A stretch of 64,000 nucleotides of DNA. It comes from an uncultured Nitrososphaeraceae archaeon. Lineage in GTDB: Archaea; Thermoproteota; Nitrososphaeria; Nitrososphaerales; Nitrososphaeraceae. Location of the stretch: positions 192,001-256,000 of the forward strand of contig CAVXZB010000019.1 of the NCBI GenBank assembly GCA_963765895.1, read 5' to 3'. How positions within the stretch are numbered: the first letter of the stretch is position 1; each line of letters starts with the position of its first letter. The notes below the pieces were generated by a model that worked only from the letters and a program-made list of their open reading frames with translations, searched no databases and was not told where the DNA came from. The translations under genes and the position numbers were made by a program. Positions 33,251-43,575 of this stretch are shown one piece after another.

Positions 33251-33492
33251 GTGCTGAATAGATAGGCTTTCAAGGAGCCTGATAATAAACTAGATCATAA
33301 TATCTCAGTCCTCATGTCGGGCAATCTCGGCTGGCCGAAGAGATTCAAATGCTTCCTACCAAATAGACAAAAAATCTGGAATTTTGTCTGCACATAAAAT
33401 GTCAAAGTGTAAGTGCCATTCATCAAAATTACACTTATACAAGTGGGATCATTGAATAACCTACACCATTTAAATATCGCTAGGCCGAATTT

Positions 33493-34599
33493 TTGATGGT
33501 TAAGATGGTTCATGTGGATCAAGTTATGTCAACACTGAGGCAAGTTGTTGATCCTGAACTTCACAGGGATATTGTCTCCATGGGGATGATCAAAGATCTC
33601 TCAATTGAAGGCGGAAAAGTAGCTTTTACTTTAGAATTGACGACGCCTGCTTGTCCGTTTAATAGCGAGATCGAAGAGGATGTTCGTAATCGTATGGCTG
33701 ATATAGGGATAAAAGATTTAGACTTAAGAGTCACAGCCCGAGTCACAGAAGGTAGAGCAGTATCTATGGATGAACTTTTGCCCGGAGTCAAAAATATTAT
33801 TGCTGTCGCAAGCGGCAAAGGCGGAGTAGGCAAAACTACTGTGGCTGTTAATCTTGCCGTAGCACTTTCTAAAACTGGCGCAAAAGTAGGACTCTTGGAT
33901 GCCGACATTTATGGCCCTAGTGTCCCTCTGTTTATGGGCATTAAGGAAACGCCAGAAGTCATTGATGGGAAAATTCAACCGGTAATTACCAATGGGGTAA
34001 AAGTGATCTCTATGGGATTTTTCTATGAGCAATCCCAACAAGCTGGTATTTATAGAGGGCCCATCGTTTCAGGCATTGTTAAACAATTTATCACCGATGT
34101 AAATTGGGCTGAGCTCGATTATTTAATAATAGATCTACCGCCGGGAACAGGTGATGCACCTTTAACAATGGCACAAACTATTCCAATTACAGGCATTTTA
34201 ATTGTTACAACCCCTCAAGATGTTGCCATGAATGTCGCTATTAAAGCCATTGGAATGTTCAACAAATTGAATATACCAATTGTCGGTGTTATAGAGAATA
34301 TGAGTTATCTGGAATGTCCTAAATGCAAGGAACACATAACCATATTTGGGAGTGGTGGTGGCAAGAAAGTTAGTGAAAAATTCGGCATACCTTTTGTCGG
34401 TTCTATTCCACTTAACCCTGATATAATGGCAAATAGTGACAGTGGCAATCCGATTCCCTTGATAAGTCCAAAGTCAGATCAGGCGCAGAATATTGACAAG
34501 ATTGCAAGACAGACGGCTGGCAGAATAAGCATAATTGCGAACGAATTGAAATCCCAACAAGAGGCAGAAACAGCCGGAAAGGTATCCGCGACCACATAG
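33493..34599 (+). CDS. Mrp/ApbC/Nbp35 Fe-S cluster carrier ATPase with N-terminal DUF59 domain
   Basis: VVDPEL, LTTPACP, SGKGGVGKT, DADIYGP, DLPPGTGD and ENMSYLECPKC. Confidence 0.94.
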   Translation: MMVKMVHVDQVMSTLRQVVDPELHRDIVSMGMIKDLSIEGGKVAFTLELTTPACPFNSEIEEDVRNRMADIGIKDLDLRVTARVTEGRAVSMDELLPGVKNIIAVASGKGGVGKTTVAVNLAVALSKTGAKVGLLDADIYGPSVPLFMGIKETPEVIDGKIQPVITNGVKVISMGFFYEQSQQAGIYRGPIVSGIVKQFITDVNWAELDYLIIDLPPGTGDAPLTMAQTIPITGILIVTTPQDVAMNVAIKAIGMFNKLNIPIVGVIENMSYLECPKCKEHITIFGSGGGKKVSEKFGIPFVGSIPLNPDIMANSDSGNPIPLISPKSDQAQNIDKIARQTAGRISIIANELKSQQEAETAGKVSATT

Positions 34600-34616
34600 A
34601 GCAGTACTCTAGTATA

Positions 34617-35156
34617 ATGCGTTTCACCGAAACTGAGAGAAATGCATTAAAGAAGCCATTTGGCGAACTTGTACCGCAAGCTAAGATTACAAGAAGCAGT
34701 ATCGTTAAATTCCTAGGAAATTGCCGATCCGTTGCTTCGGTAGGAGATGAAACAACGAATGTATTATTGACTTTTGGAATAGTTCCAACTATTTCTATTA
34801 CCGACGGTAAAACAATGCGCAAAATGATTAGAACATCCAAAAATCGAAAATACGACTCACTGATAAATTACTTACGTGATGATCGGATTGCTGAATTACG
34901 ATGCAAAAATCCGGCTGGATCCATTTCTGACGAAGCCTATGGGCTAATTATAAGATCCATTCAAAGTGGAATTCGTGTCAAGATACTAGTCGATGGGGAA
35001 GAAGATCTCCTAGCAATCCCATTATTTGCCTTTCTTCCGAAAAGATCCGTTCTTGCATACGGTCAACCTAATGAGGGCTTGGTTTTGACCAGGATAGGCC
35101 CAAAGATTCAGACTGTGGCCAAAGATTTATTGACCCGATTTGACATTACTATCTAA
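34617..35156 (+). CDS. GTP-dependent dephospho-CoA kinase (DUF359)
   Basis: LKKPFG, VGDETT, DGKTMR, NPAGSI, VDGEEDL and YGQPNEG. Confidence 0.9.
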   Translation: MRFTETERNALKKPFGELVPQAKITRSSIVKFLGNCRSVASVGDETTNVLLTFGIVPTISITDGKTMRKMIRTSKNRKYDSLINYLRDDRIAELRCKNPAGSISDEAYGLIIRSIQSGIRVKILVDGEEDLLAIPLFAFLPKRSVLAYGQPNEGLVLTRIGPKIQTVAKDLLTRFDITI

Positions 35157-35664
35157 TGGCGGAAATGATGATACGGTGGCTAGATGACAAGGAAAAACTC
35201 ATGATTAATCCTCATATGTCTGATCCAAAACTCCCTGTTTGAAATTTTTCGTTAGCAGAATTGAATTGGAGATTGAATTGGCTAAAGAAAATTTCTTGGC
35301 ATAAAATCCCATTTCCTTATATAATTAATTCGCCGCAAGTCACATACAAAAGTGATTTGACATGAGAACATAATCTAGATTAAAGCCTATTGCAATTTGC
35401 AAATTTCTAAAATCTATTGGGTAATTGGAAATGAGAAAGCCAATAACTGCTTATTGCTCAAGGTGTGTGACATTCACAGGTACATTTTACCAAAACGACG
35501 TCAAACGAACAATCGTGGGTAGCACCTCCATAGCCTTCAACGGGCCAATCTATGGGACATTCTGAATGTCTTCCCCGTTTACAAAAAAAAGTCAGATGCA
35601 ATTCTAAAATTACATTAGACTTTGTACTATAAATTCCTTAATGGGTATTGCTTTTATGCTATCG

Positions 35665-35925
35665 CTATATGTTGATATTAAAGAGCTGTGGAGCATATAT
35701 CGAACCGTCTCTGACATGTTTAACCCTGGCCACAGAAAGGTAATGCGGCCATATTGTTACCAAAATGCTACCTTCGGGAACACCTTCAGGAACATCAATT
35801 ATTTGAATATCATCAGAATTTACACCGTATTCATTGAGCTTTTGCTTGCTTAAAATAACCATCTCCTGAGAGAGACCACTATTATAAACATACACTTTTC
35901 CAGTATAGTCGATGTGATCAATCAA
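35665..35925 (-). CDS. Hypothetical protein (start uncertain)
   Basis: Protein-like composition (VTIWPHYL...APQLFNI); no motif recognised. Confidence 0.55.
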   Translation of the reverse strand: MIDHIDYTGKVYVYNSGLSQEMVILSKQKLNEYGVNSDDIQIIDVPEGVPEGSILVTIWPHYLSVARVKHVRDGSIYAPQLFNINI

Positions 35926-36400
35926 TCTGTATACTGTCCTGATAGCGAATACTAAAAATGTACCGGTTCCTCTCTAGTCTATTGAGTTATAAATAATCTT
36001 TTGTAAGTGGTTAAAGATAATGTGTCACTGGTCAGATTGCCAAGCTTTCGCGAGGGCGATTCAATTTTGATGCCAAAAAAAGTTAGCGCATAGCAATGGA
36101 AAATGACTTAAGGCTTTTTAGCAAAGTTGAAAAGTGTGAATTGAGATATATTTTCTCGAATATACTGAGCAGATTAGAATTTTATCATTTCCGACATTAA
36201 GAATTAATTACTGCATATGCTTATATTAATTCAGCAGTTAGAGTTCTGTCAGTCAATTGCTTCAAATGCTTTCAGTTATGACATTGAAAAGGTATTCAAA
36301 TCTTCCAAAGGTTCAATCATAAAGTTCTTACAGTTGTCCTCATCAGACACTAATTGGAATGCAGAATCTGCCATACCGTTTAAATGGTAGAGAATTCACC

Positions 36401-36629
36401 CTAATGCCTTTGTAAAGACTTCTTTCGGAATTTTTTTAGCTCCCAAAATCCCAAAACAAGAAAAGCTACACCTAATGCAATAAGAAGAAAATCTGCAGGC
36501 AGAATCATTTTCCAAAGGCTATTCACTGCTGGCAGCAGATATAAAGAGCAAAGCAAGAAAGATTAGCGCAATGCCCGTGATAATTTCGCCATTAATTTTT
36601 GTCATAGCTGATTTATTTACTTCATTCAT
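36401..36629 (-). CDS. Small two-TM membrane protein (not in track; one apparent frameshift near 36532)
   Basis: MNEVNKSAMTKINGEIITGIALIFLALLFISA / AVNSLWKMILPADFLLIALGVAFLVLGFWELKKFRKKSLQRH*. Confidence 0.55.
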
Positions 36630-37042
36630 TGCGTAAAAAAGTTTGCATATATAACGGGATGCATCCGATACTCTATTGTCATAAATTTCCGTATACAAAT
36701 TAACCGAGTACTAATCTTATAATATATGCTAGACTGATAATTCTTTGATGCGGCTGTCTTGAAGTCATTTATACATCAGCAAAATTATTTAGAACTAAGG
36801 ATTTCTTTTAAACTACTAGGAGTATTGTAGAACAACTAATCTGCATATTCTAAATGATTATACTAACTACTCAGCAGAGTACTGCAAAAACCTCTATCAA
36901 GCCAAACTGTTCTGCGGAGATAGTAATCAGATAACGATTAGAGTGCAGTTTGTAACTGACATTGAGATTGAATTGATTTTCGGCATTCATATTGATAGCA
37001 AAAATCTAAAAATATTAGTCAGATATAGATTCTAATTGTTTT

Positions 37043-38072
37043 TCAAGTATAAAGGCCTGCAGAAACTAGACTGGTAAACTGCTGAGTTGATATCTCTCCT
37101 CCAAGATCTTTAGTTTTCCTATTTGAAATCAACAATTTAACAATTGAGTTTTCGATCAACTGACCAGCGATATGAGTTTCCCTATCGTGATACCTTTCAG
37201 ACAGCCAGTCTAGCATTAGTTTTGTTGAAAGCAGAATAGAAGATGGATTTGCGATATTTTTTCCTGCAATATCAAAGGCGGCTCCGTGAACTGGTTCGAA
37301 TAGACCATAATTATATCCAATATTTGCTGCAGGTCCCATACCTAAGCCTCCGACCAATTGAGCGGCTTCGTCTGACAAAATGTCACCATAAAGATTTGTT
37401 GTCAAGACAATATCATGTGAAGCCGGATTTCTTATCAAATCCATTGCAAAAGCATCTACGTATGATTCTTTGTAATCTATGTCTGGATTTTTGGCGAGCG
37501 ATTGCTCTGCACGCAGTAAGGAATAGGCCATCTGTCTTACGCATGACATTCGCCTTATGTACTGCAACAACCTGATTACTTTTGCGTCTTGTTCTACAGA
37601 GCCTAAACGCGTAATCCGCAATTCTCAGAGATGCTTTCTCAGTGATCAATCTAATTGCCACCGCTGTCTTATCATCAGTGTTAAACTCCCATCCAACATA
37701 CAGATCTTCAGTGTTCTCCCGTACTGTGACCAAATCAATTTGATGCGAAAAACAATCGATATTTGGATAAGATTTTGCTGGTCGGATATTTGCATATAGA
37801 TCAAGGGTCCTTCTTAAGACTATTATGACATCGGCGGCGCATTCGCCAACTGGACCCTTTAAACAGGCATCCGTACTCTTAACTGTCTGTATCGTAGATT
37901 CCGGGAGTGGACTCCCAAGTTCATTTTTAGCATAATCACCTGCTTCGCATTCAATCAAGGTGAATTTTACTTTAGAATGATCATTAATGGTCTCAAGTAC
38001 AGTTCTAGCAGAATCGATAAGATCTGGTCCTATACCATCTCCCTTTATAAGCGCAATTTTATACCTACCCAT
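37043..38072 (-). CDS. leuB: 3-isopropylmalate/isocitrate dehydrogenase family, probably LeuB (frameshift near 37490)
   Basis: GDGIGP, LYANIRP, VRENTEDLY, HKANV, NLYGDILSD, FEPVHG and ANP; downstream of ilvBH. Confidence 0.85.
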
Positions 38073-38342
38073 ATTACAATCTCACATCATCGAATGTTAC
38101 TCCCTTCTCAAAAAGTCTTCCTGAATATACAGGAAAGCCAGAGCAAAATATTTCGTGTCACAAAAAGTCAACCAACACATCTCGATTGGATCTAACCAAT
38201 AATTCTTTTAATCAAAGTCTTGTTTGGTAATGAATGATCCTATATCTTCGTAGTCCAAAAGATATCAGTTGGCGCTTTCGTACTAGGACATCGAGCGCTC
38301 CGCAAAAATTTTTGATCTTAAATTATCGAAATTTCAAACTGT

Positions 38343-38864
38343 TTACGCACCTCTTGGCAAAGCAGATACACCTGTCCTTGCAATCTGCGTAATCCCGTAA
38401 TGAGCTACCAAGTTCTTGAAAGCATCGATTTTATCCGGGGTTCCTATGATTTCGACTATAATGTTCTCTTTTGCTATATCCAGTACATTAGCCCTAAAAA
38501 TAGATGCATAATTTATTATTTCCATTCTTATCGCAGGTTCAATGGCCTTCATTTTTATCAAAGCAAGCTCGCGATAAACTGTCCTGTCCTTGTCCAGAAC
38601 CGTGACTTCTACAACATCAATTAATTTTCTCAGTTGTTTGACGAGCTGGTCCACTGTTCTCTCATCGCTTTTGGTTGTAATGGTCATTCTGGACAGATCA
38701 GGCATTTCAGTGGATCCAACAGTTATACTCTCGATATTAAAATTGCGAGCGCGAAATAGATTTGTTACCCTAAAGAGTACTCCAGGTTTGTTTTCCACTA
38801 GCGAGGAGAGAATATAAAGTGGAACAGCCTTATCAGCTGATTCAATTTCACTACTTATTGTCAT
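38343..38864 (-). CDS. ilvH: Acetolactate synthase regulatory subunit
   Basis: VENKPGVL, FNIESITVG, KQLRKLIDV, RELALIK and ARTG. Confidence 0.95.
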   Translation of the reverse strand: MTISSEIESADKAVPLYILSSLVENKPGVLFRVTNLFRARNFNIESITVGSTEMPDLSRMTITTKSDERTVDQLVKQLRKLIDVVEVTVLDKDRTVYRELALIKMKAIEPAIRMEIINYASIFRANVLDIAKENIIVEIIGTPDKIDAFKNLVAHYGITQIARTGVSALPRGA

Positions 38865-38868
38865 TTGA

Positions 38869-40557
38869 TCAAGCGCCTGTAATCATATCTTTTAAGCTAG
38901 TTCCCGGAGCCACAAATGGATAAACGTCCTCTTCAGGATCTATAGTAATATCTATGACTGTAGCCACATCGCTCTTCAATCCAATTCTGATGGCCTTTTC
39001 AAGTTCCTGAATGGATTGCGCTTTTATGCCCTGCGCACCATATGCTTCTGCAATTTTTGAGTAATCGGGACAGCTATTCTGGTGTACTCCCATATACCTT
39101 CTATTATAGAAAGTTCTCTGCCATTGTGCGACCATTCCTAACATATAGTTATTCATCAAAAAGACAATTACCGGCAAATTATCGAGAACTGATACTGCCA
39201 ACGAATTCTCGGTCATATTGAACGAACCATCGCCAGCAATATCTACAACTGGCACTGATGGCCTGGCAGCCTTAGCTCCTATCGAGGCTGGAAATCCAAA
39301 TCCCATAGGACCTAAGCCTGTAGAGCTGAAAAATGTGCCCGGAGACGTCACATCAAAATGAAGTGACGCCCACATCTGGCATTGACCTACCTCTGTTGTT
39401 GTTATTGCTTCATTTGGTAGTATTTCTCTTAACTTCTTCAATGCCTTTTTTGCAGTCAAGTCTCTTGCATAATCTTTAATTGTTTCCGAAAAATAGTCGA
39501 TCAGTTCCTTTCTTCTTCTTAGCCAGGGGTTGTCCTTCTCCCTCCTAATCACCTCATTCGAAAGCATCTTCACAAGAGTCTTTAGCGATGCTTTAACGTC
39601 TCCGACTACCGCAACATCGACTAACTTGTTTTTGCCTATTTCAGCGGGATCTATGTCCATGTGAATGATGTTCATTCCCTTCCCGAACTCATCAAATCTA
39701 CCAACCGATCTATCTGAAAATCTAGCACCCACTGCCAATATACAATCTGCTTCTACAATTATCTTATTAGCCTCAGCATGGCCGTGCATACCAATCGGAC
39801 CCATTGCGAGGGGATGATTCTCAGGGAAGGCTCCCTTTCCTTTGAATGTCGTTACGACCGGGATCAAAAGCAATTCTGCCAAAGCTTGCAGTTCTGAAAA
39901 CGCTCCAGATAATATGACACCGCCTCCGGCCATTATTATTGGCCTTTCTGAATTCATTAAAAGCCGAACGGTCTTTCCTAGTTGGGATAAATCCGCGTCG
40001 AACAACGGATTATAACCCCTCACTTTTATAAGGTCTGGAAAGGGAATGTCGTCGTTAGCTTGCTGCACATCCTTGGGTATGTCAATGAGGACTGGCCCTG
40101 GTCTGCCACTTTCCGAAATATAAATAGCTTTCTTGACGGTTTCGGGTATTTCTGTAGGCGTTCGAGGTTGGAACGCGTATTTTGTGCATGGATTAGATAC
40201 ACCTATAATGTCGGTTTCTTGGAATGCATCTTTTCCTATCATCGCTAACGCAACCTGACCAGTAACGGCTAGAACTGGCGATGAATCAGCATAAGCAGTT
40301 GCTATTCCGGTTATCAAATTCGTCGCGCCAGGGCCGGAAGTAGCAAAGCAGACACCGACTTTCCTTTTAATCCTTGCATATCCGTCAGCCATATGAGCAG
40401 CAGACTGTTCATGGCGGACCAATATGTGTCGTAATTTTGAATCTACCAATGCGTCATATATAGGGAGATTCGCCCCACCAGGAAGACCAAATACGATTTC
40501 TACCCCATCCTTTTCTAAAGCAGTAAGCAAAGCTTTTGCTCCATTCATTTCTACCAT
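38869..40557 (-). CDS. ilvB: Acetolactate synthase large subunit
   Basis: FGLPGGA, RHEQ, TSGPGATN, GMHG, the ThDP motif GDGSF...NN, and GMVAQWQ. Confidence 0.97.
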   Translation of the reverse strand: MVEMNGAKALLTALEKDGVEIVFGLPGGANLPIYDALVDSKLRHILVRHEQSAAHMADGYARIKRKVGVCFATSGPGATNLITGIATAYADSSPVLAVTGQVALAMIGKDAFQETDIIGVSNPCTKYAFQPRTPTEIPETVKKAIYISESGRPGPVLIDIPKDVQQANDDIPFPDLIKVRGYNPLFDADLSQLGKTVRLLMNSERPIIMAGGGVILSGAFSELQALAELLLIPVVTTFKGKGAFPENHPLAMGPIGMHGHAEANKIIVEADCILAVGARFSDRSVGRFDEFGKGMNIIHMDIDPAEIGKNKLVDVAVVGDVKASLKTLVKMLSNEVIRREKDNPWLRRRKELIDYFSETIKDYARDLTAKKALKKLREILPNEAITTTEVGQCQMWASLHFDVTSPGTFFSSTGLGPMGFGFPASIGAKAARPSVPVVDIAGDGSFNMTENSLAVSVLDNLPVIVFLMNNYMLGMVAQWQRTFYNRRYMGVHQNSCPDYSKIAEAYGAQGIKAQSIQELEKAIRIGLKSDVATVIDITIDPEEDVYPFVAPGTSLKDMITGA

Positions 40558-40803
40558 TTATATACACTCCATTTAGAACAAGACAATCAATTCCTCATTC
40601 CGACAATCACGTTGCTATGACATTCCCGGCATAGAATTTGAGTTAATAGTTTTATATATTAATGAATAAGAATGTAAACATACTGCCTGACTATTGGTGG
40701 TCATTTTAGTACCTCTGATATTGATAATAATTAATAAATTTTGTGTCGCCCCAGTTGTGGGAGGTTACACTGGATTAGTTACCTATCAAACCGCATCTGC
40801 TGC

Positions 40804-41604
40804 TTAGGCCTTTATCTCGGTTGATGCTTTCTCATCTCTAAAGACTTTATAAGCTTCATCCGCAGAGTAATTGTCGTGTACTATTGTCCTCACTGCCTTA
40901 GCCATTGGAACTGGAAATTCTGACTGCCAAATGTTCCTTCCCATATCAACACCAACTGCACCATCTCTGATGGCATTGTAGGCTAGATTCAATGCGTCCA
41001 TCTCTGTAGACTTCTTTCCCCCAGCGATAACGATAGGAACAGGACAACCTGTAACAACACTTCCAAAGTTATCACAGTAATATGTCTTAACAATATGTGC
41101 TCCTAATTCTGCTGCCACTCGGCATGCCAAACTCAGATACCTTGCATCCCTTACCATTTCCTTCCCAACTGCTGTTACCGCAAGGACAGGAATTCCATAC
41201 TTTTCGCCCTCGTCAACAAGTCTAGCCAGATTTGATAGAGATTGGTGCTCATATTTGCTACCTACAAATATTGACAAGGCTAAACAAGAGGCATTAACTC
41301 GAATCGCTTCTTCAATTGAAGTCGTAATTTCTTCATTAGAAAGGTCTTCGCCAATAATGGTCGAGCCACCAGAGACTCTTAATACAATGGGTACATCTAG
41401 CGCGGGATTTACAGACGTTCTCAGAATACCTCGAGTAAGCATTATAGAATCCACGAACTGTGCTAGTGGCCCGATAGTAGTCGATGGCACTTCAAGTTTA
41501 TCAGTGGGACCTAAGAAATACCCATGATCAACAGCTAACATTAAACATCTAGAATCGTCTGGTTTAATAATCTTGGATAATCGATTTCGCATTCCCCAAT
41601 CCAT
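40804..41604 (-). CDS. lsrF: LsrF-like class I aldolase/thiolase (DhnA family)
   Basis: MDWGMRNRLS, LAVDHGYFLGP, ELGAHIVKTYY, IAGGKK and GVDMGRNIWQS. Confidence 0.85.
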   Translation of the reverse strand: MDWGMRNRLSKIIKPDDSRCLMLAVDHGYFLGPTDKLEVPSTTIGPLAQFVDSIMLTRGILRTSVNPALDVPIVLRVSGGSTIIGEDLSNEEITTSIEEAIRVNASCLALSIFVGSKYEHQSLSNLARLVDEGEKYGIPVLAVTAVGKEMVRDARYLSLACRVAAELGAHIVKTYYCDNFGSVVTGCPVPIVIAGGKKSTEMDALNLAYNAIRDGAVGVDMGRNIWQSEFPVPMAKAVRTIVHDNYSADEAYKVFRDEKASTEIKA

Positions 41605-41673
41605 TTATCTTCCTACCATTCTATTTGAAATCGATATTTAAATATTGAAATTGTGTCTTGCGTCTGTTGAATT

Positions 41674-42702
41674 CTAATTTGTGATTATTATTTTCATTGT
41701 ATCCGTTGCTTTATGTGCTTCTCTAACGGCTTCAGCAGTACGCTCGATTGCGTATCGATGAGTTATCAAGCTTCCAATATTTAATCGACCGTTTGCTATA
41801 ATCTTTAGCGATAAGTTAGTCTCTATCTCAGACGCCGCATAACTGGGCACAATATAGTGTTCATTAGCGTAGATGCTTGACAAGTCTAGAGGAATTTCCT
41901 CATCCTTTGACGGAACTCCGAATAGAACAACTATCCCACCTCTTCGAGTGACTTGTAATCCATTTCGGATAGCTGCTGAATTGCCGGTTGCTACAATGGA
42001 TACATCCGCACCTCTCTTTTCTGTTAAATCATTAATTGAATCCTTTAATGACCCATCTTCTGTATTCAGAGCCTCGAAATCACCAAATTTCTTTGCAAAA
42101 TCTAGTCGAAATTGATTGTAATCAATAAGTACTACACTATTAGCCCCAGAAGACCGAGCCAAGGCAGCAAGCATCACTCCTGTTGGTCCTGCCCCGAATA
42201 TGGCAACATTATCGCCATACTGAAATCTGCTCTTCCTGATAGCTCTAAGACAGCACGCTAGGGGTTCAATCAAAGAAGCAGCCTCGAAGGTAACATTATT
42301 TGGCAGCTTTAAAATACCTCCACGTTCGATATTCTCCTGCGGCACTAGGAATTGTTCAGAAAGGCCACAAGGGTCAATGTTACTTTGTTGGTACATGGAA
42401 CACATCGTAGAATCTCCGTGTAGACAGAAATAGCATGAAGAACAGCTGACATGGTGGTGCACAAATACCCTGTCGCCCTCTCGAAAATCGTTGGTTTGTC
42501 TCGCCATGCTCACAATCTCTCCGGCGGGTTCATGTCCAAGCCTACCTGATCTCATTCCATACTTTCCATAAATTTTCTCAAGGTCAGAACCACATAGGCC
42601 GCATGCACGCATCTGTACAAGTATGGCTCCTGGCCTTAATGCAGGTACGGGTATATCTTTAAGCACAACACTAGATTGACTTCCTACAAATGCAGCTTTC
42701 AT
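41674..42702 (-). CDS. Zn-dependent alcohol dehydrogenase (MDR, threonine/sorbitol-DH-like)
   Basis: CGSD, GHE, CxxCxxC...C, EPLAC and GAGPTG. Confidence 0.92.
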   Translation of the reverse strand: MKAAFVGSQSSVVLKDIPVPALRPGAILVQMRACGLCGSDLEKIYGKYGMRSGRLGHEPAGEIVSMARQTNDFREGDRVFVHHHVSCSSCYFCLHGDSTMCSMYQQSNIDPCGLSEQFLVPQENIERGGILKLPNNVTFEAASLIEPLACCLRAIRKSRFQYGDNVAIFGAGPTGVMLAALARSSGANSVVLIDYNQFRLDFAKKFGDFEALNTEDGSLKDSINDLTEKRGADVSIVATGNSAAIRNGLQVTRRGGIVVLFGVPSKDEEIPLDLSSIYANEHYIVPSYAASEIETNLSLKIIANGRLNIGSLITHRYAIERTAEAVREAHKATDTMKIIITN

Positions 42703-42867
42703 ACTTTAATGCAGTTTTTTGGTATTATTAAGTTGTATCAACTCACGTCTAGTAATTCCATTTCGCCAATTATTGAAAGTCTTGATACTATATTCAGTTC
42801 TAACTTTACAAAATGTTATATCTTTACTTGAAGTTTTTACTTAAAGGCAGCTAAAATAGTCTGATAT

Positions 42868-43020
42868 TTACATAGGTCTTTTTTTTGCATATCTCTTGGG
42901 TTTTCTGATGAAGATTCCTTTACATCCTTCACAACAGAAGAAGTATGATTTACCGTTGTGAATCAAAGAAACTGCCATTTCCTCTTCTAATTCTATTCCA
43001 CAGACTGGGTCTACTGGCAT
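42868..43020 (-). CDS. YHS/TRASH-domain small metal-binding protein, 50 aa (not in track)
   Basis: MPVDPVCGIELEEEMAVSLIHNGKSYFFCCEGCKGIFIRKPKRY... Confidence 0.88.
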   Translation of the reverse strand: MPVDPVCGIELEEEMAVSLIHNGKSYFFCCEGCKGIFIRKPKRYAKKRPM

Positions 43021-43212
43021 CAGCAAGATCATTCTAAAAGTACTATATGTATTTCTAACTAATTCTGATAAAGTATTATCATCGGGTTACATTAAAACTT
43101 AATTCATACACCTAGAATTATAAATAGTCTAATTACGACTCAGAATTGTGCCCGTAGGTAATGACTAATAAAACACGTATTGGTCAAGTTATTCTGATGG
43201 AATAACTCAAAT

Positions 43213-43407
43213 GTGATGTTTATGCAGATTTCCATGATGTCCTATCCTTGCATTGAAGTGACCTGCGGGAAATGCGGTAGTTTAATAAGCAGGATTATAC
43301 AGTTGAAGGCCATAAGAGATCTTCTTCGTCCACACAATGGAAGATGCAAATTCTGTGGAAACTCCCTGAGCTCGACCGATTTTATTATAAATATGAATGA
43401 ACAGTAA
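43213..43407 (+). CDS. Small zinc-ribbon protein
   Basis: CGKCG...CKFCG. Confidence 0.7.
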   Translation: MMFMQISMMSYPCIEVTCGKCGSLISRIIQLKAIRDLLRPHNGRCKFCGNSLSSTDFIINMNEQ

Positions 43408-43575
43408 TCTATCCAGAGGCTTGCTGACGAAATACCTAGCCTTATACCCAGGAATTAAACATGGGGCAATGATTTAAGATTGTATAAAAAATACATTGTA
43501 ATTTCAAAACCATGACGATCCAATTCTTAGTTATCGGCATTGCTCCAGTGGTACATGAGATCATATCCAATCTTC

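Noticed and set aside
38075-38300. Two small hairpins and an FEKGVTFDDVRL frame (IMPDH-like) between ilvH and leuB
   Set aside because: The frame has no start codon and the match is only about 8 aa. The hairpins lack the hammerhead CUGAUGA core or any other motif I recognise.
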